From NCBI GenBank assembly GCA_963666565.1, contig OY762911.1, positions 3,168,001-3,232,000 on the forward strand: DNA of 64,000 nucleotides, given 5' to 3'. The DNA is from Thermoanaerobaculia bacterium. Lineage in GTDB: Bacteria > Acidobacteriota > Thermoanaerobaculia > Multivoradales > Multivoraceae. The first letter of the stretch is position 1. Each line of letters starts with the position of its first letter. The notes under the pieces were generated by a model. The model was not told the origin of the DNA, did no database searches, and saw nothing but the letters and a program-made list of their open reading frames with translations. A program made the position numbers and the translations under genes. This document shows, in pieces, positions 1 to 9,695 of the stretch.

Positions 1-2
1 CC

Positions 3-3000
3 GTGACCGACTCGGACGAAAACACCGCGTCGAGCGACTCGGACACGTTGACGTTCACGATCAAGGTCAAGGCAAGGGAGGTCGACAGGAACCCGTCGTT
101 CGGGGACCAGACGGCCGGGCCTTTCTACCCGCAAGTGAAACTGGGGATGGTCGAGGTTCTGCCAGCCGCGACCGGCGGCAACGGAAAGCTGAACTACTCG
201 GTGTCGCCAACGCTGCCTCCCGGCTTGACGTTCAACGGCTCGACGCGGACGGTGTCGGGTACGCCGACGACAGAGCAGGACCCGACGGACTACACGTACA
301 CGGTGACCGACTCGGACGACAACACCGCGCCCAGCGACTCGGACTCGTTGACATTCAAGATCGGAGTGTGGAAGGACAGGGTGCCGAAGTTCCAAGGAAG
401 TGTCGGAAAGCAGGAGTGGATCGAGCGTCAGGCGTATTCGGTCCAGCTTCCCTGGGCGACCAGCGGCAATGGAAAGTTGTTGTACTCGCTGAACGCTTGT
501 CTGCCTGCCGGCACGAGCCTGTCGAACAGGACCATCAGCGGCAAGCCGACAGAGTTGGGCGAGAAGGAATGCACCTGGACGGTGGTGGACTCGGACAACA
601 ACACGGCGCCAAGCGACGCGGCCACGTTGACGTTCACGATCACGGTGGTGAAGGACGAGGTTCCCTCATTCGGGGACAAGAACGTCGACAAACAGGCCTG
701 GACGAAGGACGAGGCGATAGCGCCGGTCATCCTCCCCGGGGCGACCGGCGGCAACGGGCCGCTGTCCTACAACTTCAGTTGCAATCTCCCCGCAGGCGTG
801 AGCCGGTCGGGCCGGACCATCAGCGGCACGCCGACGGCGTTGCTGAGCACGGCGACGTGTACCTGGACGGCGACGGACAAGGACGGCGACACGGCCACAC
901 TCAGGTTCAAGGTCTCCGTAGTGGAACCGCCGCCACCGGAACCGTCCCCACCGTCGTTCGGGAAGACGATCTCGAACATGACCCTGATCCGCAACCGGGC
1001 GATGACATCGAAGGTCCTGCCGCCGGCGACGGGCGGAACGGGGACCGTGACCTATTCGCTGTCGCCGACGCCGCCCGCCGGTCTGTCGTTCGACGCGTCT
1101 TCTTCTTCGCGGACGCTCTCGGGCACGCCGACCGCGGCGCAGGACGCGACGGAGTACACCTACACGGCGACGGACTCGGCCACGCCATCTCCGAACTCGG
1201 CGTCGCTGACGTTCACGATCGCGATAGTCGATCTGACCGTGAGCGCGACGAGTCTGACGGTTACGGAGGGTACGGCCGCGGAGGACAAGCGCGACTTCAC
1301 GGTGAAGCTGGCGACCCAGCCGACGGCCGACGTGACGGTGTCGGTGTCGAGCGTGGACACGACCGTCGCGACGGTGAGCTCGGCGAGCCTGACGTTCACG
1401 ACGACGAACTACAACACGGTCCAGACGGTGACGGTGGCGGGCGTGGAGGACGCGGACGCGGCCGACGAGAACACGACCGTCAGCCTGAGCGCGAGCGGCG
1501 GGGGCTACGCGAACGTGTCGGCCTCGGTGAGCGTGACGGTGGACGACGACGATACGCGGACTGTCGTCGTCAGCCCGGCGAGCAGGCCGGTGGCCGAGGG
1601 TGGCAGCGGCACCGTCGCGGTGAGTCTGGCGACGCAGCCGACGGCGAACGTGACGGTCTCGGTGTCGAGCGGCGACCCGGGCGCCGCGACGGCGAGTCCG
1701 GCGACCCTGACCTTCACGACGACGAACTACACCACAGCGCAGACGGTGACGGTGACGGGCGTGCAGGACGCCGACGCGTCCGACGAGAGCGTGACGGTCA
1801 GCCTGAGCGCAAGCGGCGGCGACTACGCCAACGTGTCGGCTTCGGTGAGCGTGACGGTGACCGACGACGACACGCGGACGGTCGTCGTCAGCCCGGCGAG
1901 CGTGACGGTGGCGGAGGGCGGCAACGGCACCGTCGCGGTGAGTCTGGCGACTCAGCCGACGGCCGACGTGACGGTGTCGTTGGTGAGCGGGGACCCGGGC
2001 GCCGCGACGGCGAGTCCGGCGAGCCTGACGTTCACGACGACGAACTACACCACGGCGCAGACGGTGACGGTCACGGGCAAGCAGGACGCCGACGCGTCCA
2101 ACGAGAGCGTGACCGTCAGCCTGAGCGCTGCCGGCGGCGACTACGCCAACGTGTCCGCTTCGGTGGGCGTGACGGTGACGGACGACGACACGAAGGCCTT
2201 GGTCGCCAGCGTAGCGAGCCTGACGGTGGCCGAGGGCGGCAGCGGCACGTTCACGGTGAATCTGGCGACTCAGCCGACGGCCGACGTGACGGTGTCGGTG
2301 ACGAGCGGAGACTCGGGCGCCGCGACGGCGAGTCCGGCGAGCCTGACGTTCACGACGACGAACTACGGCACGGCGCAGACCGTGACGGTGACCGGCGAGC
2401 AGGACGTGGACACGGTGAACGAGAGCACGACGGTCGGCCTGAGCGCGAGCGGCGGGGACTACGCCAACGTGTCGGCGTCGGTAGCCGTGACGGTGACCGA
2501 CGACGACAGCGCGGACAAGCAGCCCTCGTTCGGCGGCAAGACGATTTCCGACATGACCCTGACGCAGAACCGGGCGATGACCTCGACGGTGCTGCCCGCC
2601 GCCACCGACGGCGACGGGACCCTGGCCTACTCGCTGTCGCCGACGCTGCCCGCGGGCCTGTCGTTCGACTCTTCTCCTTCGTCGCGGACGCTCTCGGGCA
2701 CGCCCACGGCGACGCTGGCCGAGACGACCTACACGTACACGGCGACCGACACGGACGGCGACACGGCGACGCTCACGTTCAAGATCGCGGTGTCGGCGGC
2801 GCCGGCCATTCCGACCTTCAGCGAGACGATCCGCGACCGGACGTGGGTGAAGAACGTGTCGGTCGGGACGGTGACGCTGCCGGCGGCTATCGGCGGGACC
2901 GGCTCGTTGAGCTACTCGCTGACCGGGACCCTGCCCGCCGGCGTGACGTTCGACTCCTCGGCTCGGACCCTGTCGGGCACGCCGACGAAGAAGCAGTCCG

Positions 3001-6000
3001 CGGTCACGTATACCTACAAGGCGACGGACACCGCCGCCAAGTCGGCGACGCTCACGTTCACCATCCGGGTGGACGGCAAGGCGTCGGACGGCGCGGCGTT
3101 CGTGTCGTACACGGGCGTGCCCTCGACGATGACCGCCGGTTCGACGGCGACGGTGACCGTCCGGATGCGGAACGCGGGGACGACGACGTGGACCTCGGCC
3201 GCGGCCTACCAGTTGGGTTCGCAGCGGCCCGCCGACAACACGACCTGGGGCCTGAAGCGGGTCGCTCTGCCGGCCTCCACGCCGCCGAACGCGACGGCGG
3301 ACTTCTCGTTCAGCATCGCGGCGCCGGCGAAGACGGGGAGCTACAAGTTCCGGTGGCGGATGCTGAAGGGCGCGGCCGGCTGGTTCGGCGCCAAGACGAC
3401 GATCGAGACGATCGCGGTGACTGCGGCGCCGGACACGTCGCCGTCGTTCGGGACGCCGCCCCTCGACCTGACTTGGGTGAAGAACGTGTCGATCGGCACG
3501 GTGACGCTGCCGGCGGCGACGGGCGGCAACGGCAAGCTGACCTATTCGCTGACCGGGACCCTGCCCGCGGGCGTGACGTTCGACGCCACGGCGCGGACGC
3601 TGTCGGGGACGCCGACGAAGAAGCAGGCCGCGACGACGTACACCTACAAGGCGACGGACACGGACGGCGACGCGGCGACGGCCACGTTCACCATCCGGGT
3701 GGACGGGAAGGCGTCGGACGGCGCGTCGTTCGTGTCCTACACGGGCGTGCCTTCGACGATGGCGGCGGGTTCGACGGCGACGGTGACCGTCCGGATGAAG
3801 AACGCGGGCACGACGACCTGGACTTCGGGCGCGGGCTACCAGTTGGGCTCGCAACGGCCGGAGGACAACACGACGTGGGGCCTCAAGCGGGTCGCGCTGC
3901 CTTCGTCCACGCCGCCGAACGCGACGGCGGACTTCTCGTTCACGATCACGGCGCCGACGAAGACGGGGAGCTACAAGTTCCGGTGGCGGATGCTGAAGGG
4001 CGCGGCCGACTGGTTCGGCGCCAAGTCGACGCTCGAGACGATCGCGGTGGAGGCGGACACGACGCCGTCGTTCGGCTCGTCGCCCCTCGACAAGACGTGG
4101 GTGAAGAACGTGGCCATCGGGACGGTGACGCTGCCGGCGGCGACGGGCGGCAACGGCAGCCTGAGCTACTCGCTGACCGGGACCCTGCCGGCTGGCGTGA
4201 CGTTCGACGACTCGACGCGGCGGCTGTCGGGGACGCCGACGAGCAAGCAGGACGCGACGACGTACACCTACAAGGCGACGGACGCGGACGGCGACGCGGC
4301 GACGGCCACGTTCACCATCCGGGTGGCGGGCAAGGCGTCGGACGGGGCGACGTTCGTGTCGTACAGCGGCGTGCCGACGAAGATCGTCGCCGGCGGCAAG
4401 GCGACGGTGACGGTGCGGATGCAGAACACGGGCACGACGACGTGGACGTCGGCGAACTACAAGCTGGGTTCCCAGCGGCCGGAGAACAACACGACGTGGG
4501 GCCTCAAGCGGGTATCGCTCGCATCGGACGTGGCGCCGAACGCGACGGGCGACTTCACGTTCACGATCGTGGCGCCGACGACGACGGGGAGCTACAAGTT
4601 CCGGTGGCAGATGATCCAGGGCGCGTCGGGCTGGTTCGGCGCCAAGACGACGCTCAACACGATCACGGTGGAGAACCCGTCGTTCGGGGACGCGACGGTG
4701 GCCGACCAGGCGTGGATCAAGGGCACGCCGATCGCGACCCTGACGCTGCCGGCCGCGAGCGGCGGCACGGGCGCTTTGACTTACGCGCTGACGCCCTCGC
4801 CGCCGGCGGGCGTGACCTTCACGGAGGCGACGCGGACGCTGGCGGGGACGCCGACGGCGGCGAAGGCGCAGGCCTGGTACACGTACACGGCGACGGACAC
4901 GGCCGGCGAAAAGGCGACGCTCTCGTTCCGGATCAAGGCGACGGAGGCGCCGGTGGACAACGCGGCGTTCGTGTCGTACTCGGGCGTGCCGTCGAAGATG
5001 GCGGCGGGCGGCACGGCGACGGTGACGGTGACGATGCGGAACACCGGCACGACCACGTGGACGTCCGCCGCGGGCTACAAGCTGGGCGCGCAGAGCCCGG
5101 CGGACAACACGACCTGGGTCTCGAGCCGGGTGTCCGTGCCTTCGGACACGGCCCCGAACGCGACGGCGGACTTCACGTTCGCGATCGCGGCGCCGTCGAC
5201 TACGGGCGCGCAGACGTTCGCCTGGCAAATGGTGCGCGACTCGGCGACGTGGTTCGGCGACTCGACGACGAGCCGGACGATAACGGTGGAGGACCCGTCG
5301 TTCGGCGACGCGACGGTGGCCGACCAGGCCTGGGTGAAGGACACGGCGATCGCGACGCTGACGCTGCCGGCGGCGAGCGGCAGCAACGCGACGCTGACCT
5401 ACGCGTTGACGCCCGCGTTGCCCGCGGGCGTGACCTTCGCGACGGCGACGCGGACGCTGTCGGGGACGCCGACGACGGGGCAGACGGGGGCGACGTACAC
5501 CTACACGGCGACCGACGGGGCCGGCAACAAGGCGACGCTGACGTTCCGGATCCGGGTGGCGGCGGCCGCCGGCGACAGCGCGGCGTTCGTGTCGGCGACC
5601 GGCGTGCCGTCGAAGATGGCGGCGGGCGGCACGGCGACGGTGACGGTGACCATGCGGAACACGGGCACGACGACCTGGACGACGGCCCTGGGCTACAAGC
5701 TGGGATCGCAGAGTCCCGCCGACAACACGACGTGGGGCACGAACAGGGTCTCCCTGGGGTCGGACGTGGCGCCGAACGGCGAGGCGGCCTTCACGGTCTC
5801 GATTACGGCGCCGTCGACTACGGGCGGCCATGTCTTCGCGTGGCAAATGGTGCGCGATCCCGGCTCCTGGTTCGGCGATTCGACGACAAGCGCGACGATC
5901 GCGGTGGAGGACCCGTCGTTCGGCGCCGCGACCGTCGCCGACCAGTCGTGGCAGAGGAACCTGACGATCACCGACCTGACCCTGCCCGCCGCGGGCGGCA

Positions 6001-7463
6001 GCGACGCGTCGCTGACCTACTCGCTGACGCCCGCGTTGCCCCCCGGCCTGACTTTCACGGCCTCGACGCGGACGGTGTCGGGGATGCCGAGGGCGGCGAG
6101 GACGGCGACGACGTACACGTACACGGCGACGGACACGGACGGCGACAAGGCGACGCTGACGTTCTCGGTCGCGGTGGCCGAGGATCCGTCGTCCCAGTCG
6201 TCGGCGGCGCTCGCGCCGCCGACGCCCTCCGGCGCGGTGGACACGTTGGACTACTGGCTGCTGCCGCACGGCAGCGGCGTGAAGGTGCGTACCCGCCTGC
6301 GGGACGGGCGCGTCGCTCCGGCCGAGGGCACGGCGTATCTCCGCTCCTTCTGGCGCGGCGACCTGTGGGGCAGGAAGGTGGCCCTCCTGGGCGATCCGGC
6401 TAGCGAACGCTACGACATCTTCGAGGAGGTCGAAGGCGGCCTCGACTACTGGGGGACGTTCGGCGGCGCCTCGGCGGGCGGCGAAGAGCGTCCGAGCATT
6501 GCGCTGGACCGTCCCTTCCGCTGGATGAACCGCTTCATGGCGGTGGGCGACGTGCTGCAGGGTCCCGCGACCGGCCGGCTGCTCTCGGACCGCAGGCGTA
6601 ACCGGGCCGGCGTCCTGGCGGGGACAATGCGCATGGAGGCGCTGTCGCACCGGGCGGCGTTCGAGGTGCCGCCGGTCCCCGGCCTGACCTTTGAGGACGT
6701 GCTGGAAGTCCGGTACTGGCCGGACGCGGCGCGGGCGGAGGTACACGACACGTTCTACCTGGCGCGCGGCTACGGCGCGGTGTACGCGCGGCGGTCCGGC
6801 GTCGCGTCGCCGGGAGAGGTCGCCGAGTGGTGGGCTGTCGAGAAGGCCCTGACGCCGATCGCGCCCGCCTCGCCGTCGATCCCGTGGTTCGATCCGTTCT
6901 CTCCGGGCTGGCCGAAGACGGCGGTGCTGAACGGGAACCTGGACGACGTCGCTCCTGGAGTGGGAATCGCGGGCGAAGCGGCAGGGATCTCCGGCGCGCC
7001 CGGACGCGACGGCGGGCGGGACGGGGCTCCCGCGGCGCCCGGCTGGACGGCCGCCTGGGGTAACGCGGCGGTAGCCCGGCCGCCTTCGGGCCTCGACGCC
7101 GGCGCCTGGAGCCTCGTACTCCGCGGCGGCGACAGCGGCGGCGACGCAGCGCCTGGCGCAGCGGTCACCGAGGAGTGGATCCCGGTCGAGGGCGGGACCT
7201 ACCAGCTCTCGGCCTGCATGGTCCGGGAGAACGCCAGCGACAACGTGTTCGTGGACTTCGACGACGGCGCGGGAAGGGACGCGGACTTCGACGACGCCCA
7301 CGTGGTGGCCAGTTCCGTCGGAACCTGGGAGTGCCGCGCGGTGACGAAGTGCATTCCCGCCTCGGTCGGCGCCGTCAGAGTCCGGGCCGCCCGCGACGGC
7401 GCAAACCTGGGCGACGCCTGGTTCGACCGCATCGAGCTGAAGCGAATCGCCGCTTGCGAGTAA
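3..7463 (+). CDS. Giant Ig-like repeat surface protein/adhesin, 5'-truncated by the window edge: putative-Ig (He_PIG-like) repeats, Calx-beta-like repeats, NBR1-type Ig (FW) domains, C-terminal unknown domain plus CBM-like jelly-roll
   Basis: Open frame from the window start; Thr-rich. About 11 repeats of PSFG..LPAATGGNG.L.YSL...LP.G..F....RTLSGTPT....YTYTATD.DGD.ATLTF; 4 repeats of ..V.EG....V.LATQPTA.VTV...SPASLTFTTTNY...QTVTV.G..D.D...SVTVTDDD; 5 repeats of D.A.FVS...VP..M.AG..ATVTV.M.N.GTTTW...Y.LGSQ.P.DNTTW...F.W.M...WFG. Confidence 0.85.
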   Translation: MTDSDENTASSDSDTLTFTIKVKAREVDRNPSFGDQTAGPFYPQVKLGMVEVLPAATGGNGKLNYSVSPTLPPGLTFNGSTRTVSGTPTTEQDPTDYTYTVTDSDDNTAPSDSDSLTFKIGVWKDRVPKFQGSVGKQEWIERQAYSVQLPWATSGNGKLLYSLNACLPAGTSLSNRTISGKPTELGEKECTWTVVDSDNNTAPSDAATLTFTITVVKDEVPSFGDKNVDKQAWTKDEAIAPVILPGATGGNGPLSYNFSCNLPAGVSRSGRTISGTPTALLSTATCTWTATDKDGDTATLRFKVSVVEPPPPEPSPPSFGKTISNMTLIRNRAMTSKVLPPATGGTGTVTYSLSPTPPAGLSFDASSSSRTLSGTPTAAQDATEYTYTATDSATPSPNSASLTFTIAIVDLTVSATSLTVTEGTAAEDKRDFTVKLATQPTADVTVSVSSVDTTVATVSSASLTFTTTNYNTVQTVTVAGVEDADAADENTTVSLSASGGGYANVSASVSVTVDDDDTRTVVVSPASRPVAEGGSGTVAVSLATQPTANVTVSVSSGDPGAATASPATLTFTTTNYTTAQTVTVTGVQDADASDESVTVSLSASGGDYANVSASVSVTVTDDDTRTVVVSPASVTVAEGGNGTVAVSLATQPTADVTVSLVSGDPGAATASPASLTFTTTNYTTAQTVTVTGKQDADASNESVTVSLSAAGGDYANVSASVGVTVTDDDTKALVASVASLTVAEGGSGTFTVNLATQPTADVTVSVTSGDSGAATASPASLTFTTTNYGTAQTVTVTGEQDVDTVNESTTVGLSASGGDYANVSASVAVTVTDDDSADKQPSFGGKTISDMTLTQNRAMTSTVLPAATDGDGTLAYSLSPTLPAGLSFDSSPSSRTLSGTPTATLAETTYTYTATDTDGDTATLTFKIAVSAAPAIPTFSETIRDRTWVKNVSVGTVTLPAAIGGTGSLSYSLTGTLPAGVTFDSSARTLSGTPTKKQSAVTYTYKATDTAAKSATLTFTIRVDGKASDGAAFVSYTGVPSTMTAGSTATVTVRMRNAGTTTWTSAAAYQLGSQRPADNTTWGLKRVALPASTPPNATADFSFSIAAPAKTGSYKFRWRMLKGAAGWFGAKTTIETIAVTAAPDTSPSFGTPPLDLTWVKNVSIGTVTLPAATGGNGKLTYSLTGTLPAGVTFDATARTLSGTPTKKQAATTYTYKATDTDGDAATATFTIRVDGKASDGASFVSYTGVPSTMAAGSTATVTVRMKNAGTTTWTSGAGYQLGSQRPEDNTTWGLKRVALPSSTPPNATADFSFTITAPTKTGSYKFRWRMLKGAADWFGAKSTLETIAVEADTTPSFGSSPLDKTWVKNVAIGTVTLPAATGGNGSLSYSLTGTLPAGVTFDDSTRRLSGTPTSKQDATTYTYKATDADGDAATATFTIRVAGKASDGATFVSYSGVPTKIVAGGKATVTVRMQNTGTTTWTSANYKLGSQRPENNTTWGLKRVSLASDVAPNATGDFTFTIVAPTTTGSYKFRWQMIQGASGWFGAKTTLNTITVENPSFGDATVADQAWIKGTPIATLTLPAASGGTGALTYALTPSPPAGVTFTEATRTLAGTPTAAKAQAWYTYTATDTAGEKATLSFRIKATEAPVDNAAFVSYSGVPSKMAAGGTATVTVTMRNTGTTTWTSAAGYKLGAQSPADNTTWVSSRVSVPSDTAPNATADFTFAIAAPSTTGAQTFAWQMVRDSATWFGDSTTSRTITVEDPSFGDATVADQAWVKDTAIATLTLPAASGSNATLTYALTPALPAGVTFATATRTLSGTPTTGQTGATYTYTATDGAGNKATLTFRIRVAAAAGDSAAFVSATGVPSKMAAGGTATVTVTMRNTGTTTWTTALGYKLGSQSPADNTTWGTNRVSLGSDVAPNGEAAFTVSITAPSTTGGHVFAWQMVRDPGSWFGDSTTSATIAVEDPSFGAATVADQSWQRNLTITDLTLPAAGGSDASLTYSLTPALPPGLTFTASTRTVSGMPRAARTATTYTYTATDTDGDKATLTFSVAVAEDPSSQSSAALAPPTPSGAVDTLDYWLLPHGSGVKVRTRLRDGRVAPAEGTAYLRSFWRGDLWGRKVALLGDPASERYDIFEEVEGGLDYWGTFGGASAGGEERPSIALDRPFRWMNRFMAVGDVLQGPATGRLLSDRRRNRAGVLAGTMRMEALSHRAAFEVPPVPGLTFEDVLEVRYWPDAARAEVHDTFYLARGYGAVYARRSGVASPGEVAEWWAVEKALTPIAPASPSIPWFDPFSPGWPKTAVLNGNLDDVAPGVGIAGEAAGISGAPGRDGGRDGAPAAPGWTAAWGNAAVARPPSGLDAGAWSLVLRGGDSGGDAAPGAAVTEEWIPVEGGTYQLSACMVRENASDNVFVDFDDGAGRDADFDDAHVVASSVGTWECRAVTKCIPASVGAVRVRAARDGANLGDAWFDRIELKRIAACE

Positions 7464-7521
7464 CGACCGGGGAGCGCGAAGGAAGGTCGCCGCTCCATGG
7501 CGGTGGAGTAGCCTAGCCGAC

Positions 7522-8943
7522 ATGCCGGAGCAGCTCTCCGCCGCCGAACGGGACGACCTGCGGGTCGGCCTGCGGATGGCCCACCCGCCCGACCCGGCGG
7601 CGCTGGCCGCGGAGCGGCGCCGCCTCGCCGAACTGGACGAAGCGCCCCGCACGGCGCGCTGGCGGGCCTTCGCCGGGCTCATTGGCCCCGGCTACATGCA
7701 GAGCGCGATGACGCTCGGCAGCGGCACGGCGGCGTCCGCGCTGTTCGCCGGCGCCGTGTTCGGCTACGAACTCCTGTGGGTGGCGCCGCTCGCGATGCTG
7801 CTCGGGCTCGTCATGCTCTCCGCGGTCGCCCACCAGACGCTGTCCACCGGCATGAGGCCGTTCGACGCGATGCGCCGCTTCGCCGGGGCGCCGCTCGCCT
7901 GGAGCTGGGCTCTGGGCGCGCTCATCGCGTCGATCGTCTGGCACTTCCCGCAGTACTCGCTGGCGTCGGCGGTGCTGGTCGACCTCGGCGAGGCGGCGGG
8001 GATCGAGGGGTTGCCGGCGGCGGGGCTCGGCTTCGTCGTTCTCGTCTGGGCGGTGCTCATCTCGTCGCTCTACGGCCGGCGCCCGGAACTGATCCGGCTC
8101 TACGAGCGGCTGCTGCGCTACATGGTGTGGGGGATCGTCGTCTGCTTCGCCTGGGTCGTCTTCCGCACGGGGATCTCGGACTGGGGGGCGCTGTTCCGCG
8201 GCTTCACGAGCTTCGCCATTCCGGGCGAGCGGAACGGCGTGCTCGGGGTCACCGTCATCCTGAGCGGCCTGTCGGCGGCGGTCGGGATCAACATGGTCTT
8301 CCTCTACCCCTACTCGCTGCTCGCCCGCGGCTGGTCGCGCGAGCACCGGTCGCTGGCCCGTTTCGACCTGTGGACCGGGACGTTCGTGCCCTACGTCCTC
8401 GCCGCGAGCCTGATGGTTATCGCCGCCGCGAACACGATCCACCTCGACCCGTCCTACGACGGCGTGCGGCTGAGTCCGGTGGAGGCGGCGCAGTCCCTGG
8501 CGGCCGTCGCGGGACCGGCGGTGGGGCGGGTGGTGTTCGACCTGGGCGTGCTCGGCATGGCCCTCTCGACGATCACCCTGCACATGCTGGCGACCGGGTT
8601 CGTGGCCTGCGAGCTGTTCGGCTGGGAGTTCGGCAGCCGGAAGCACCGCCTGGCGATGCTGCTGCCGGCGCCCGGCGCGCTCGGCCCGGTGTTCTGGGGC
8701 GACATCGCGGTCTGGCTGGCTGTGCCGACGAACATCGTCTGCGGCCTGTTCCTGCCCGCGGCGTACATCGGCTTCGTCATGCTTCAGCGCAGCCGCGGCT
8801 ACCTGGGCGAGGACCGTCCGTCCGGCGCCCGGGGCCGGGCGTGGTGGGGCGCGATGGTGGCGGTGACCCTCTTCCTGACCGTCTTCATGGCTTGGTACGT
8901 CTGGACCCAGGGGCCGTCGTACTTCGGGCGCCTGACCGGCTGA
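7522..8943 (+). CDS. Nramp-related (divalent metal cation transporter family) membrane transporter
   Basis: 473 aa, about 11 hydrophobic helices; IGPGYMQSAMTLGSG N-terminal motif, GYELLWV, SAAVGINMVFLYPYSL. Confidence 0.75.
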   Translation: MPEQLSAAERDDLRVGLRMAHPPDPAALAAERRRLAELDEAPRTARWRAFAGLIGPGYMQSAMTLGSGTAASALFAGAVFGYELLWVAPLAMLLGLVMLSAVAHQTLSTGMRPFDAMRRFAGAPLAWSWALGALIASIVWHFPQYSLASAVLVDLGEAAGIEGLPAAGLGFVVLVWAVLISSLYGRRPELIRLYERLLRYMVWGIVVCFAWVVFRTGISDWGALFRGFTSFAIPGERNGVLGVTVILSGLSAAVGINMVFLYPYSLLARGWSREHRSLARFDLWTGTFVPYVLAASLMVIAAANTIHLDPSYDGVRLSPVEAAQSLAAVAGPAVGRVVFDLGVLGMALSTITLHMLATGFVACELFGWEFGSRKHRLAMLLPAPGALGPVFWGDIAVWLAVPTNIVCGLFLPAAYIGFVMLQRSRGYLGEDRPSGARGRAWWGAMVAVTLFLTVFMAWYVWTQGPSYFGRLTG

Positions 8944-8960
8944 GCGGCGTTCTCCCGGCG

Positions 8961-9695
8961 ATGCTGGAACTGCGGTCGGTCGGCATGCGCTTCGGCGCCG
9001 TCGAGGCGCTGCTCGACGTCGACCTGGAGCTGGGCGCCGGCGAGGTCGTGGGGCTCATGGGAGACAACGGCGCCGGCAAGTCGACGCTGCTCAAGATCGT
9101 GGCGGGCAACTTCGCGCCGACTTCGGGCCGGGTGCTCTGGGACGGCGGGGAGGTCGAGCTCTCCCCGCTGTCGGCGCGCGAACTCGGCATCGAGGCCGTC
9201 TACCAGGACCTGGCGCTGTGCGACAACCTCTCCGCGGCCGCCAACGTCTTCCTGGGCCGCGAGCTGAGCCGCCGGCTGCTCGGCGTCCTGCCGGTGCTCG
9301 ACCACGCCGCGATGCGCCGGCGCTCGGCGGAACTGTTCGCGGAGCTCGGCTCGGATACCCGCGCGAACGACCTGGTGCGGCGGATGTCGGGCGGCCAGCG
9401 CCAGGCGGTGGCGATCGCCCGGGCGCGGCTCAGTTCGCCGCGGCTGATGCTGCTCGACGAACCGACCGCCGCCATCAGCGTGCGGCAGATCGCCGAGGTG
9501 CTGGAGCTCATCCGCGGCCTGAAGGAGCGGGGCGTCGGCATCCTGCTCATCTCGCACCGGATGTCGGACGTGTTCGCGGTGGCCGACCGCCTCGTCGTTC
9601 TGCGGCGCGGCCGCAAGGTGGCGGACAAGCCGACGGCGGAGTCGTCGCCCGAGGAAGCGACCGGGCTGATCACGGGCGCGCTCGAGGCTGCGTGA
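8961..9695 (+). CDS. Monosaccharide (CUT2) ABC transporter ATP-binding protein
   Basis: ATG at 8961 in the frame of ORF 7776-9695; Walker A GDNGAGKST, VYQDLALCDNL, MSGGQRQAVAIAR, LLDEPTAA. Confidence 0.92.
   Translation: MLELRSVGMRFGAVEALLDVDLELGAGEVVGLMGDNGAGKSTLLKIVAGNFAPTSGRVLWDGGEVELSPLSARELGIEAVYQDLALCDNLSAAANVFLGRELSRRLLGVLPVLDHAAMRRRSAELFAELGSDTRANDLVRRMSGGQRQAVAIARARLSSPRLMLLDEPTAAISVRQIAEVLELIRGLKERGVGILLISHRMSDVFAVADRLVVLRRGRKVADKPTAESSPEEATGLITGALEAA

Noticed and set aside
368-7682. 2011-aa (+) and 2338-aa (-) ORFs overlapping the adhesin
   Set aside because: Arg/Gly-rich shadow frames caused by high GC and strong codon bias of the real gene.
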